Assembly (NCBI GenBank): GCA_024641505.1
Contig: JAHECY010000007.1
Coordinates: 7,250 to 71,249 of the forward strand
DNA: 64,000 nt
Origin: Gammaproteobacteria bacterium
GTDB taxonomy: Bacteria; Pseudomonadota; Gammaproteobacteria; SG8-11
Direction: 5' to 3'
This document shows, piece after piece, positions 1 through 9,433 of this stretch (position 1 is its first letter; every line of letters begins with the position of its first letter). The translations under genes were made by a program, and so were the position numbers. The notes under the pieces were generated by a model. It was not told where the DNA came from, made no database searches, and saw nothing but the letters and a program-made list of their open reading frames with translations.

Positions 1-119
1 AGGGAATTCGACCCCGTCAGCGCACGCGTAGTATCTTATCACTGTCTATTAGAGAACGTTAAGAGATCTCCCGTGGCGTGGCGGCACTGAAATCGATTCG
101 TATGATTACCGCCAGCCTC

Positions 120-185
120 GGGCGCAGCTTAAAGTTGACCTGTCCCAATGATGAGACATTGCGTGTGTCTCACGAAACGATCAAC
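120..185 (+). mobile_element. IS30-family transposase relic (short fragment)
   Basis: Translates GRSLKLTCPNDETLRVSHETI, resembling the IS30 transposase segment (LKxxFPDDETMRVSHETIY) that follows the WSPEQI helix; no intact ORF or terminal IRs seen. Confidence 0.65.
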
Positions 186-1073
186 AAAAGAGTAGCGACT
201 CCGTCCGAATCAGACTCTGTTCTGGCGATACCAAACATGTCATTCTGCAAGATGTTACTATAGTTATTTTCGTGAGCAATAATATTATAATTCGCCAAAC
301 CCTGTCCCGATGGATCCAGAAGCCTTACGGTCACAGCAATGCCGGCATCATTCATTTTCCAGTTGCTAGTCTTGGCACTTGACTCCGTGGTGGTAAACAA
401 CTCGGTTTTCACAGCCGCATACTGGATGTCCCCGCCATGGCTTGACCCTTGCAGGATGGCACAATAGTTGCCGGGAAACATTTCCACTGTATGCGTAATC
501 TGGTTGGTTGTGGAAACAATGTATGGATCGTAGGCATCGAAAAAACCGTAATCATCATATAGATTGTATTATTACACCTTTTTTGTCAAACTGCGCAATT
601 AATAGTCCACCACCGAATCCTGCTGGAGTATCAATTGCGAAGGTATGCCGTTCTGCGAAATATTCGTAAAATTGTGTGTTAGTCTCGGTAACTTGGAGTT
701 CGTCCCTGTAATCGACCAGATCACGTACGGGACTGTTGTTGTCTTCGTCCATGCCATTTACAAATAGAAGATAATCACCGGCTGATACGGCCAAGCTTAC
801 TTTGCCATCGCTGTCCGTTGTGTCTGATGCAGCAATCTCCTTTCGGTTGTCGATTTTTATTTTGTATAAGGTGACTTCGGCACCATCCAAATTGCTGCCA
901 TCTGCGCGATGGAACAATAAAGTAACGACGGGAGTCATCGTCAGTTTCTTGTTGAGTGCCGATGCGAGGTCTGTTGTGACTTCCTTTCCGTTCGCGGAGG
1001 TGTGAGCTGAATCGGATTTGCCGCAAGCTACCAGCGATAGCGCCAATACCAATAGTACAATCTTCCCTAGCAT
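170..1073 (-). pseudogene. Frameshifted, 3'-truncated lipoprotein with repeated carboxypeptidase-regulatory/prealbumin-like beta-sandwich units
   Basis: Lipobox LVAC after a hydrophobic leader; TTDSDGKVSL and ESDSDGVATL repeats. Removing one base near 569 joins ORF 555-1073 to ORF 170-487 (GVI-YNLYDDYGFFDAYDP...VEMFPG). The 3' end runs into the IS30 relic. Confidence 0.65.
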
Positions 1074-1837
1074 GTGCCTCTCTCCTGATAGTTATTTGCT
1101 GCAGTCGCGCGTAATCGAGTCTAGCTTAAAGATCGAAGGTATGCTATAGCGTGCTTAACACGATGTATCCGAGTAGAACCCGTGTATGATTTAGGTATTA
1201 AAATATTCAGCTTAATATATTGCCTCTAACTGGCATTAAAGATATAGGGAGTATAACTCCCCCTTGCAGCTCGACCCGCAAGTATTCCACCATCAGCCCC
1301 ACCCGATACAACCCGGTTGCCCGCTATTTTTCCTGGAAGATCTGCGGAAGTAACCCGAACACGGTACTGAGAAGCAACTTTCTCTCCGCTGAATCAACAC
1401 GTACACCGCATTAGCCACCGTTGATAATCCGGTTAACCGAATAGGTAATGACTAAACGACGCAAGATTAGGCACCGGCAATCAGCAATCCCAAATAGTTG
1501 GCCAGCTGCCCACCATAGCGAGACGTATTCACAACGCCGCACATCACATTTTGGCACTTACCTAAAATTTCGTTATTAAAATTCCTGGTCATCGGGTTTA
1601 ATACTTTCTGTGAAAATGCTTAATCAACGCTATTTCCATCCTTAAATCACCACTTTCTTCAGCACTTTCTGTTGAAATATCAATCCTATCCTATTGATAA
1701 AACGCGAATTATTAAATTGTTGTGTCTAGTTGATTCTGTAGCTGATCACTCGCTTCTTCATATGTGTGCCCTGAAATATAGTTTATCTCATACTGGGGGT
1801 GCTACAGTCGTGTTCTCAGACCGAAAAACTGGCACCT

Positions 1838-3007
1838 ATGCATAACGAACCGATACTGTTCATCGTATTCCTGATTTTCACCGGTGCGGCGGTGTTGGCC
1901 ACGATCGCGCTGTATGCCCGACAGGCACTGATCGTGTCCTACATCATACTGGGCGTGATCATGGGACCATCGCTGCTCGGCTGGGTCACCGATGCCTCGC
2001 TGATCAAAGGCGTGGCCGACATCGGTATCATGTTCCTGCTATTCCTGCTCGGCCTCAACATGCACCCGCAAAAACTGTTCCGGCTGCTCGGGTCGATCAG
2101 CCTGCTGACCGCGCTCAGTTCACTGACTTTCGGCGCCATCGGCGTCGCCACCGGCCAGTTGCTTGGCTACACCACCATCGAATCGCTGGTGATCGGCGGC
2201 GGGCTGATGTTTTCCAGCACCATTGTTGGCCTGAAACTACTGCCGACCACTGTGCTGCATCACCGCCATACCGGCGAGATAATGATCAGCATTCTGCTGC
2301 TGCAGGATGTCATTGCAATCGTTATGATGCTGTTTCTGCAGGCCGGCGGTGGTGAGCGCGTACTGCTTGCCAACATCGGCGGACTGGCGCTGGCGCTGGT
2401 CGGCATCAGCGTGCTCGCGTGGCTGGTGGAGCGCTATGTGCTGGTACCCTTAATCTCGCGCTTCGACGTGATCCAGGAATACATCTTTCTACTGGCGATC
2501 GGCTGGTGCCTGGGGCTGGCCGAGCTGTCGGTATGGCTGGGACTATCGCGTGAAATGGGCGCCTTCATCGCCGGCGTAGCGCTCGCCTCAAGCAAGATCG
2601 CGCTGTTCATCGCCGAAAGCCTCAAGCCACTGCGCGATTTTTTCCTGATCATTTTCTTCTTCACGCTCGGGGCGGCGCTCGATATCCGGCAGTTGGTCGA
2701 TGTGCTGGTACCGGCGCTGCTGCTGGCCGCGCTGCTGCTGGTGGTGAAGCCATGGGTGTTCCGCACACTGCTGAAGCGCAACGGCGAGACCACGCCGCGC
2801 GCCACCGAGATCGGTATGCGCCTTGGCCAGAATAGTGAGTTTGCGCTGCTCATTGCCGTGCTGGCGCTGGAAACCGGCGTGATCCGCAATCAGGCCGCCT
2901 ACTTGCTGCAACTCACCACTATTCTTACCATGATGGTATCGATGTACCTGATCGTGTGGCGCTACCCGACACCGATCGCGGTACGCGACGAACTGCGGCG
3001 CCACTAG
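1838..3007 (+). CDS. Cation:proton antiporter (CPA2, Kef/NapA-like membrane domain only)
   Basis: About 12 TM helices; SSTIVGLK, LLLQD and GQNSEF motifs; no C-terminal KTN domain; more GC-rich than its flanks. Confidence 0.88.
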   Translation: MHNEPILFIVFLIFTGAAVLATIALYARQALIVSYIILGVIMGPSLLGWVTDASLIKGVADIGIMFLLFLLGLNMHPQKLFRLLGSISLLTALSSLTFGAIGVATGQLLGYTTIESLVIGGGLMFSSTIVGLKLLPTTVLHHRHTGEIMISILLLQDVIAIVMMLFLQAGGGERVLLANIGGLALALVGISVLAWLVERYVLVPLISRFDVIQEYIFLLAIGWCLGLAELSVWLGLSREMGAFIAGVALASSKIALFIAESLKPLRDFFLIIFFFTLGAALDIRQLVDVLVPALLLAALLLVVKPWVFRTLLKRNGETTPRATEIGMRLGQNSEFALLIAVLALETGVIRNQAAYLLQLTTILTMMVSMYLIVWRYPTPIAVRDELRRH

Positions 3008-3105
3008 GCCTGGCAGGATAACCTGCCCCCCCTGGAACAAGTGACAAGGCGAGTGCGCCAACCCCACCCTTTGGCACCTAAAGCCGTTTTTGTACCGCAA
3101 TTCCG

Positions 3106-3345
3106 ATGGACGTGGATCCGCTGACTTCAGCCATCGAAGGTAGTGCAAGCTTTTCCGGTGTTGATGGCACTGCTGCACACATTCATAGCGGTGCCGCCGG
3201 CACCAATGCGCAGTGGTCAGCCCGTTGGTGGTGGACAACAGTGCCGGTACTGCAACTGCATCCATGGGGACGGTGCTGATAGCCGCCCAATATGCGGACT
3301 TGCCGGCCGGCAAGCTCTACATCAACTTGCACAGCATGGCCAACA
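3106..3345 (+). pseudogene. CHRD-domain gene relic
   Basis: AAHIHSGAAGTN, a frameshift at ~3208, then AVVSPL...AAQYADLPAGKLYINLHSMAN; the terminal PxGEIRGQ motif is missing. Confidence 0.75.
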
Positions 3346-3353
3346 TGAACAGC

Positions 3354-3384
3354 AAAAAAAGAGAGGGCCCCAGCCCTCTCTTTT
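3354..3384 (-). terminator. Intrinsic terminator of nirK (possibly bidirectional)
   Basis: A7-GAGAGGGC-ccca-GCCCTCTC-T4. Confidence 0.8.
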
Positions 3385-3410
3385 CCAGCCATAAAGTGTA
3401 GCGTTGTGCC

Positions 3411-4355
3411 CTAGTGAACAATCATGTCGTCGCCCTTGCCGGCTTTTGGATCAGCATCGGGTTTGTTCATCAAAACTGTTATCGCACCACGCAATGCTGC
3501 ACTCATCCTATGATCAACAATAGCGTTATTGGTAGGTTTATCGGCCGGCGAAACAATATCGACGCTCACCGCTTCAGAAACAGCCAGACCGTAAGTAGCC
3601 ATATCAACCAGTTGATTTCGGGGATTGCCGTTGAGATAAACTCGATCCCAGATACCTGCTATTGGATGCAGCGCCACCGAATCATTGATATTTGCATTTA
3701 CGTAATGGATGCGTACGCGTTCACCGGGTTTGGATTGCAACACCAAGCTGGCATTCGGGTCATGCACGGGATCGTAGCGAAACATTTTGCCATTGATTAG
3801 CGAACCTTCCGATCCCTCGTTTTTCAGCATGGCCTTATAGTTGTCGGCATCCGGGAAGTACTGACCTTGCACCAATACATATTCACGATCCGGCTTGGGA
3901 AAGTTTTTACTGTAACCTTCCTTGGGGTCAACAATAATGACACCGTACATGCCACGCGCGATATGTTGCGCCATGACACTGGCACCACAGTGATACATCC
4001 ATACTCCCGCGCGCTTCGCCTTGAACTTGAAATGTTTGGTTTCACCAGGCTTTACCGGAGCAAACTCGCCCAACACATCGACCTCAGCCGCATGAAAATC
4101 CATGGCATGTGATTCTTTGTTGGTTTCGGGATTAATAAGCGTAAAATCAACAATATCGCCTTCCGTGACACGTACTACTTTACCGGGAATGGCACCATCG
4201 AAGGTCCATGCCGGGTATTGAGTACCTTTATTGTCGATTTCAATCATTTTTTCCATGGCCGTCATGGTGACTTCCACGGTCTTGGCCTGGACCACTTGTA
4301 TACTGGCCAGGCCCATCGCTAACGCAATGGTACTTACGGATAGTTTGTTATACAT
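3411..4355 (-). CDS. nirK: Copper-containing nitrite reductase, Nitrosomonas/Nitrobacter type
   Basis: Signal peptide; SHAMDFH, YHCG-x4-QHIARGM, LHPIAGIWDRVY, YDPVHD and AIVDH Cu-ligand/catalytic motifs; closely resembles N. europaea NirK as recalled. Confidence 0.93.
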   Translation of the reverse strand: MYNKLSVSTIALAMGLASIQVVQAKTVEVTMTAMEKMIEIDNKGTQYPAWTFDGAIPGKVVRVTEGDIVDFTLINPETNKESHAMDFHAAEVDVLGEFAPVKPGETKHFKFKAKRAGVWMYHCGASVMAQHIARGMYGVIIVDPKEGYSKNFPKPDREYVLVQGQYFPDADNYKAMLKNEGSEGSLINGKMFRYDPVHDPNASLVLQSKPGERVRIHYVNANINDSVALHPIAGIWDRVYLNGNPRNQLVDMATYGLAVSEAVSVDIVSPADKPTNNAIVDHRMSAALRGAITVLMNKPDADPKAGKGDDMIVH

Positions 4356-4461
4356 AGCTTATCTCCCCCACCCTCAGGTGATGAATAGACATGAGTAGTA
4401 TCCCATCGAACACGCTCAATCGTCCGTAATTGAGGCTGTCAGCTATGCCGACAAATTCAAA

Positions 4462-4800
4462 TCAACCACACTGGCAAAGTTTTCTCAGATATTTGACTAA
4501 TTCATGAATCTCATCATCACTGAGAGTCGCACCCCAAGGCGGCATGAGCACTGATTTGTCGATGGCCAAGCCACCCTCCTTGATAACCTTGAACAAATCA
4601 GCGTCGCTACGCCCACCCATGGCTTTCGCGCTGGTATGATCACGGGGCTGCACGGACATGTCGCCCACATTCACACCCGCACCATTGCCTTGCATGCCAT
4701 GGCACTGCCAACAATAAGTTTTGTAATTGTCTTCCGCACTGGTCGCCGATACAGTTGATGAAACAAGTGCAAGCAGGAATAACAGGCTATTACTTTTCAT
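4462..4800 (-). CDS. ncgC: Monoheme cytochrome c (NcgC-like)
   Basis: Start MKSNSLLF overlaps the previous stop; signal peptide; CWQCH; distal MPPWG; position in the nirK cluster. Confidence 0.85.
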   Translation of the reverse strand: MKSNSLLFLLALVSSTVSATSAEDNYKTYCWQCHGMQGNGAGVNVGDMSVQPRDHTSAKAMGGRSDADLFKVIKEGGLAIDKSVLMPPWGATLSDDEIHELVKYLRKLCQCG

Positions 4801-5482
4801 CCGCGGCTCCCCTGGCCAACGCCACCAGATATTGCACGATCTTCTGAATATTCGGTTCCGCCGTGTGCTTGTTTGGCATCGGTATTTTAGGATTCCAGGC
4901 TTGCGGGTTGCGGATAAAACTGACGAGGTAATCTTCTTGCATACGCTTGGCGCCGGTATAAACTTCCGGACCTGACAGTCCACCAAAATCATGCTCTATC
5001 TGGTGACAGGCGAGACAACCATTGAACTTATCAAACACCATCTCGCCGGAGCTGAGGCTGATGTCTCCACCTTTGAAATCCCCTGCTGTTACCAGTGCCG
5101 ACAAGGCCGGTGGCTTTAGTTCGAGTAGCGCATCGCTTGCGGCTTTAGCATCGCTGGCGGCAAGGGCCGGATGCGGCGTCAATGTTTGCGTATCTGGAAC
5201 ATCCTGCTTGTCACCGGGTTTGATGTGTTGAAAATAGAGGTAACCCGCCGGGCGTAGCCGTTGCGGCTTGATCAGCCAGCTTTCCAGCCAGTCACGTTTA
5301 TATTTAATGCCCGCATAGAAAAGATCCGGGCCTTTGCGTTGCCACAATTCTGCCACCGTTTGCGCGGCGGGACCGCGCAGCGCGTGACAGCTTGCGCATT
5401 GTTGTTCGAGAATATCCTTACCATCGGCGGCTAACGCGGGTGCCGCAATCCATAAACCGATCAGCAACCAGTAGCGCTTCAT
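4790..5482 (-). CDS. ncgB: Diheme cytochrome c (NcgB-like)
   Basis: Signal peptide; CASCH and CLACH; GPDLFYAG. Confidence 0.87.
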   Translation of the reverse strand: MKRYWLLIGLWIAAPALAADGKDILEQQCASCHALRGPAAQTVAELWQRKGPDLFYAGIKYKRDWLESWLIKPQRLRPAGYLYFQHIKPGDKQDVPDTQTLTPHPALAASDAKAASDALLELKPPALSALVTAGDFKGGDISLSSGEMVFDKFNGCLACHQIEHDFGGLSGPEVYTGAKRMQEDYLVSFIRNPQAWNPKIPMPNKHTAEPNIQKIVQYLVALARGAADEK

Positions 5483-5484
5483 GA

Positions 5485-6606
5485 TTACTCCCTGTGGCGA
5501 CGCCGTTCTGCGGTCAACGGAGTACCCTGAAAACGCGGGCTGTTGAACAGGCCATAACCTTTGGTTATGGCCTCGCTAAAGAAAAAGTCGGGATCGAAAT
5601 TGACATCCTTCCATAGATACCAATCATCCACAGGGGTACCCGCATACTCCATCACGGTAATGGGACCACCGGGGAATTTACCGCGCGCCGTGACATGTTT
5701 GTCGACATGATCATGAAAAATAAAGCGCCCTTCTTTTTGGTTTGCCTCGATAATAGCGTCATACCGCTCGCCAGGACCGATGAGAATCGTGTCTACAGAA
5801 TATGGATTCGGCAACGGCAAGCCATCCTTATGAGTGATCAACATATCATGTCCATGAGAATGCATCGCGTGTATGCCGCCGCCTGCGCCGATAAAGCGCA
5901 CCCGCACCACATCGCCGGTCTTGATACGCAAGGGCTGGGTCATAGGAAAGGATTTGCCGTTGACTGAGAAATAGTCTTCGACATCACCAGGCGTAGAACC
6001 CGTGCCATATTTGTCGGCATTTGCGCTCTCCCAAGTGGACAGCATCATAATGGCCTCCTTGGTAACCCGCTTCTCTATGGGTAGTGGTTTCTTAGGATCA
6101 ACGATAATCGGCCCCCACATGCCCCGGATGCCAACATGTTCATTGACAGCGACATGGCAGTGATACCAAAGGCTGCCTATGCGATCCGCCTTCCAACTAT
6201 AAGTAAACGATTCCCCCGGTTCGATGGCCTTCTGCGTCACACCCGGGACACCATCGCTACGCCAGGAATTAGTTTGATACACTCCATGCCAATGAATGGT
6301 ATGTGACAACGAGGTGTTATTAGTCACTTGTACCACCACATCGTCACCCTCTTGCACATGGATAAGCGGACCGGGTACCTGTCCATTAAAGGCAAACACT
6401 TTATAACTGAGGTCAGCAGCGATCTGGATTTGCATTTCTTCGATAGTGAGCGCCATTTCGCGCTTTGCTGCTAATCCCGGAATAGCGACCAGCAATCCGC
6501 CCATCAATAGTAAAATACCGGCCAGGCGACGCTTATCTCTCGGTCGTCGACAGATTACAACTGATCGGGGTCTGTGTGAAATACATCCGCACCAACAGGA
6601 TTGCAT
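5485..6606 (-). CDS. ncgA: Two-domain multicopper oxidase (NcgA/Pan1-like)
   Basis: HTIHWH, WYHCH-x5-H-x5-M (T1 Cu in domain 1), HAMHSH, HDH; AGAGG RBS before the ATG at 6606. Confidence 0.88.
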   Translation of the reverse strand: MQSCWCGCISHRPRSVVICRRPRDKRRLAGILLLMGGLLVAIPGLAAKREMALTIEEMQIQIAADLSYKVFAFNGQVPGPLIHVQEGDDVVVQVTNNTSLSHTIHWHGVYQTNSWRSDGVPGVTQKAIEPGESFTYSWKADRIGSLWYHCHVAVNEHVGIRGMWGPIIVDPKKPLPIEKRVTKEAIMMLSTWESANADKYGTGSTPGDVEDYFSVNGKSFPMTQPLRIKTGDVVRVRFIGAGGGIHAMHSHGHDMLITHKDGLPLPNPYSVDTILIGPGERYDAIIEANQKEGRFIFHDHVDKHVTARGKFPGGPITVMEYAGTPVDDWYLWKDVNFDPDFFFSEAITKGYGLFNSPRFQGTPLTAERRRHRE

Positions 6607-6667
6607 TCTGCGATTTCCTCTCTAGTCGTAAAAGAAAGAATAGTTCACATAAAATAATTATTGTTTA

Positions 6668-6690
6668 AACGTGCATTTGAGATGCATCAT
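6668..6690 (-). promoter_or_regulatory. NsrR-type operator upstream of ncgA
   Basis: Minus strand ATGATGCATCTCAAATGCACGTT matches 19/23 of AAGATGCATTTnAAATGCATCTT; ~60 nt upstream of ncgA. Confidence 0.7.
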
Positions 6691-6769
6691 TACATTGTTA
6701 AATATCCCATGTCAACACCCTGTCTCTGTGTTACACCAGGGGAGGTTATGCTGTTATCGGTAACTCCAC

Positions 6770-6950
6770 CAAACCCTGCCACCAATGAACGTAAAATCCA
6801 TGAGCCTCATGTCCCAAAAATATGAATCCCAATTCCTCACCCCAACCAAACATCATTGGCTCGGAAAGATCAGTGCCTAACGGAATTAATAAGCTACCAA
6901 TTGCAGTAGTCTCGCAATGAATACCGACAAACGACGCATAATATAGGCAA
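6770..6950 (-). pseudogene. BtrH N-terminal-domain (papain-like) gene relic
   Basis: FVGIHCETTAIGSLL...DLSEPMMFG..ELGFIF, a frameshift in the homopolymer at 6816-6820, then WDMRLMDFTFIGGRV; truncated after that. Confidence 0.65.
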
Positions 6951-7149
6951 AGCAACCCACATTGTATTCACACAACAATTAATCCCATTAATTAAAAAAT
7001 TAGTTTTCCGTGAAAATGACAATGAATTCAGTTCAGTCCTCGCCCATACCGGCCTGACCTACTCCTTGTAATCGTATGGGACAGCCGACTGCTGCTATGA
7101 CCAGTTTCCGCCGTTACCTGGGCGAATAACGAATTTGTGGCATTGCCCT

Positions 7150-7869
7150 CTAGAATAAGTATGCATAACGAAACTGCCCTGATGACACGGCTTGCCGCTG
7201 CTTGAGCCCGGAACTGTATTCATACTCGAACCATTGATTTTTCAAACCCAAGGCAAACGCATTGCGGGAGTTTGGCGCAAATTGTACGTTAATCTCTGCA
7301 CCGCCCGCCAAACCGTCACCTTGCGCACCGTCGTTATCGCTGGTCTTCAATGGCAACAATCCCGCGGAGCCGAACAAACTCCAGCTTTCGGAAAAACTGT
7401 AGGTATAGTTGGCGCCAACACCGAGACCCATAATATTCGTTTTGTAATCGTCAGCCCACTTATTAGTGATAGTTTTAAGGTCTGCAAACAGCGATACCGA
7501 CCGCCAGACATAGTAGCCGGTTACCAAGTCGAGTTCAGTGCGGGCAATCGCGGTATCACCTTTGCGGTTGGTGGCGGTCGCACCATCCGGCCTGGCAAAA
7601 CCGGTCCCGGTAAAATTTATTTCGCCTGTTGCCGCGCTGCCACCAAGATAAAATCTCGCTTGTTGCCATTGCCAGGTCGCGCCCAACACATTACCTTCGC
7701 CGAAGGTGACTTTTTCGCCGTCGCTGCCCTGACCGCGTATTTCTGTGGTGAACCAGTTAAACTCCTGAAGTCGAATCCCGATACTGGTCCTGGCGGAATC
7801 CGCTGCAATAGCGTCACCGGCAACACCCGATGCAACGATCATCCACAACAAACGGCCCAGTCCCGGCAT
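7150..7869 (-). CDS. Outer-membrane beta-barrel protein
   Basis: Signal peptide; amphipathic beta strands; C-terminal FRYAYLF beta-signal; GAGG RBS before the ATG at 7869. Confidence 0.75.
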   Translation of the reverse strand: MPGLGRLLWMIVASGVAGDAIAADSARTSIGIRLQEFNWFTTEIRGQGSDGEKVTFGEGNVLGATWQWQQARFYLGGSAATGEINFTGTGFARPDGATATNRKGDTAIARTELDLVTGYYVWRSVSLFADLKTITNKWADDYKTNIMGLGVGANYTYSFSESWSLFGSAGLLPLKTSDNDGAQGDGLAGGAEINVQFAPNSRNAFALGLKNQWFEYEYSSGLKQRQAVSSGQFRYAYLF

Positions 7870-7928
7870 TTTTCCTCGGCCCATTGCTTTTATCGTATTG
7901 GTAGCAATACGTGCCACGATTGATTCCA

Positions 7929-8915
7929 CTACAGCATCGGAAAAGGAATCATTGCGGCGCGCCTACCCGCAGGCAGCGCCGCTTCAGGTGCGGATCCGAC
8001 GTTTTGGCTGGAAGGTAATTTTACGGTTTCACTGTCACTGAAGTTACCGCCGGTGTCATGTTGGAAAATAAATTCGCCCAATTCATCACCTGCCCCCTGT
8101 AAAACACCGTTTTCCGGTACTTGATCGGTACTATTGGCAACGGCTTTCTCGACATTGTTGGATAGTTCGCTCAAGGTCATCATAGGCTTATGGTTGTTGG
8201 TCAATTCTGCGAGCAGAAAAAAGGTAAAGGGTGAATGCCCCGAATTCTGAAAACTGTCATCGACGAATTCAATACCACCGGCGGTTATAATCTGCACGCT
8301 TTTCTTGGCCGCGACTTTCCAGTAGTAGCGTTCCACTGCTGAATCTTGCCGCAATCCGCGCACGTCGGAACGCAACAAGCTGCCGCTGAAACAGGAATCG
8401 GCAATCAGTAAAGTATGTTGCGCCTTGCTGGCGATAATATTCATTTCATCGCGAATGATAGAATGTCGGATATAACTGCTGACATCAGTGCTATGGGCGT
8501 CCACCGGCACCCAGTAACCGCGCTGCGAGTCGCTTTCTAAAAATCCATGACCCGCATAGTAAACCAGAACACTATCGCCGCGCTGGACCTTGCGAGACAA
8601 ATCACCAAGCGCGTATAGAAGATCGCGGCGCTTCGCGTTTTCGAGCAACACTACATCGGTGAAACCATAACGGGATTTGAGAAGTTCGCCCATGGCGCGG
8701 GCACCCGTCACCGCGGTACGCAGGGATTGCCAATAATGGCCTGGATCCTGGTAGTCATCATTGCCTATGAGTAAGGCGCGGAAAGTTCCCAGCGTCAGTT
8801 TATCCTGAACTACGACGGCAGCTGACTCCAGATCAATACCACGATTTTCAGCGACACAGCAGGGCGTCAGTATCGTCAACGTCACCAGGTGTAAAATGAA
8901 ACGGGGCCATAGCAT
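7929..8915 (-). CDS. Secreted caspase-family (C14, ortho/metacaspase-like) protease
   Basis: RALLIGN, YYAGHG (His), IADSCFSG (Cys), HSPFT; N-terminal signal-like segment. Confidence 0.85.
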   Translation of the reverse strand: MLWPRFILHLVTLTILTPCCVAENRGIDLESAAVVVQDKLTLGTFRALLIGNDDYQDPGHYWQSLRTAVTGARAMGELLKSRYGFTDVVLLENAKRRDLLYALGDLSRKVQRGDSVLVYYAGHGFLESDSQRGYWVPVDAHSTDVSSYIRHSIIRDEMNIIASKAQHTLLIADSCFSGSLLRSDVRGLRQDSAVERYYWKVAAKKSVQIITAGGIEFVDDSFQNSGHSPFTFFLLAELTNNHKPMMTLSELSNNVEKAVANSTDQVPENGVLQGAGDELGEFIFQHDTGGNFSDSETVKLPSSQNVGSAPEAALPAGRRAAMIPFPML

Positions 8916-9433
8916 ACAGTCTCTACTCACGACTAATAACATTATTATGCGACCCGGCGCTGGATTGCCGACCACGTTGACGGTCGACCTTCTGGAATCC
9001 AACTATGCGGGAACTCTCTTGTGCCTTGCGGCCTGCCACGTCGCACCCGCCCTGGGCATCCGACACCAAGTATTGCGCGCAATTATCGCACTGCGCCACC
9101 CGATTTGCCAATATCAATCTAGATCCTTAAGGGCTTTATCGATTTAAATATGTCCGCATCAGGCAATTAGTCTATCAGCTTCAAATGACACCCCATGGCT
9201 TGCCGCCTCATGTGCGGCAAGCAAATGGAATTATTAATGTGGAAAACGCAAAGATGACTCGAGGACAACGCCATATCGCTACATCAAACACACTCCGGCG
9301 GATACCATCCGACACCAATCCACAGAATCAGGGCAATCGTTATGCACAAATACCACTGGACATTATTTGTAAACATGATGATCACTGGTACCGCATTTGC
9401 AGGTGACACCACTTGTGCACCTCCGCGGAAGTC

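Noticed and set aside
1..20. GGGAATTCGACCCC resembling a reversed tRNA T-arm
   Set aside because: No cloverleaf can be built and the T-loop consensus is not matched
1260..1400. GC-rich patch reading like a gene fragment on the minus strand (LLLSTVFGLLPQIFQEK*RATGLYRVGLMVEY)
   Set aside because: No recognisable family; too short to support a call
6530..6606. Cys-rich N-terminal extension of NcgA (MQSCWCGC)
   Set aside because: It precedes the signal peptide and may reflect start-site uncertainty; no evidence of function
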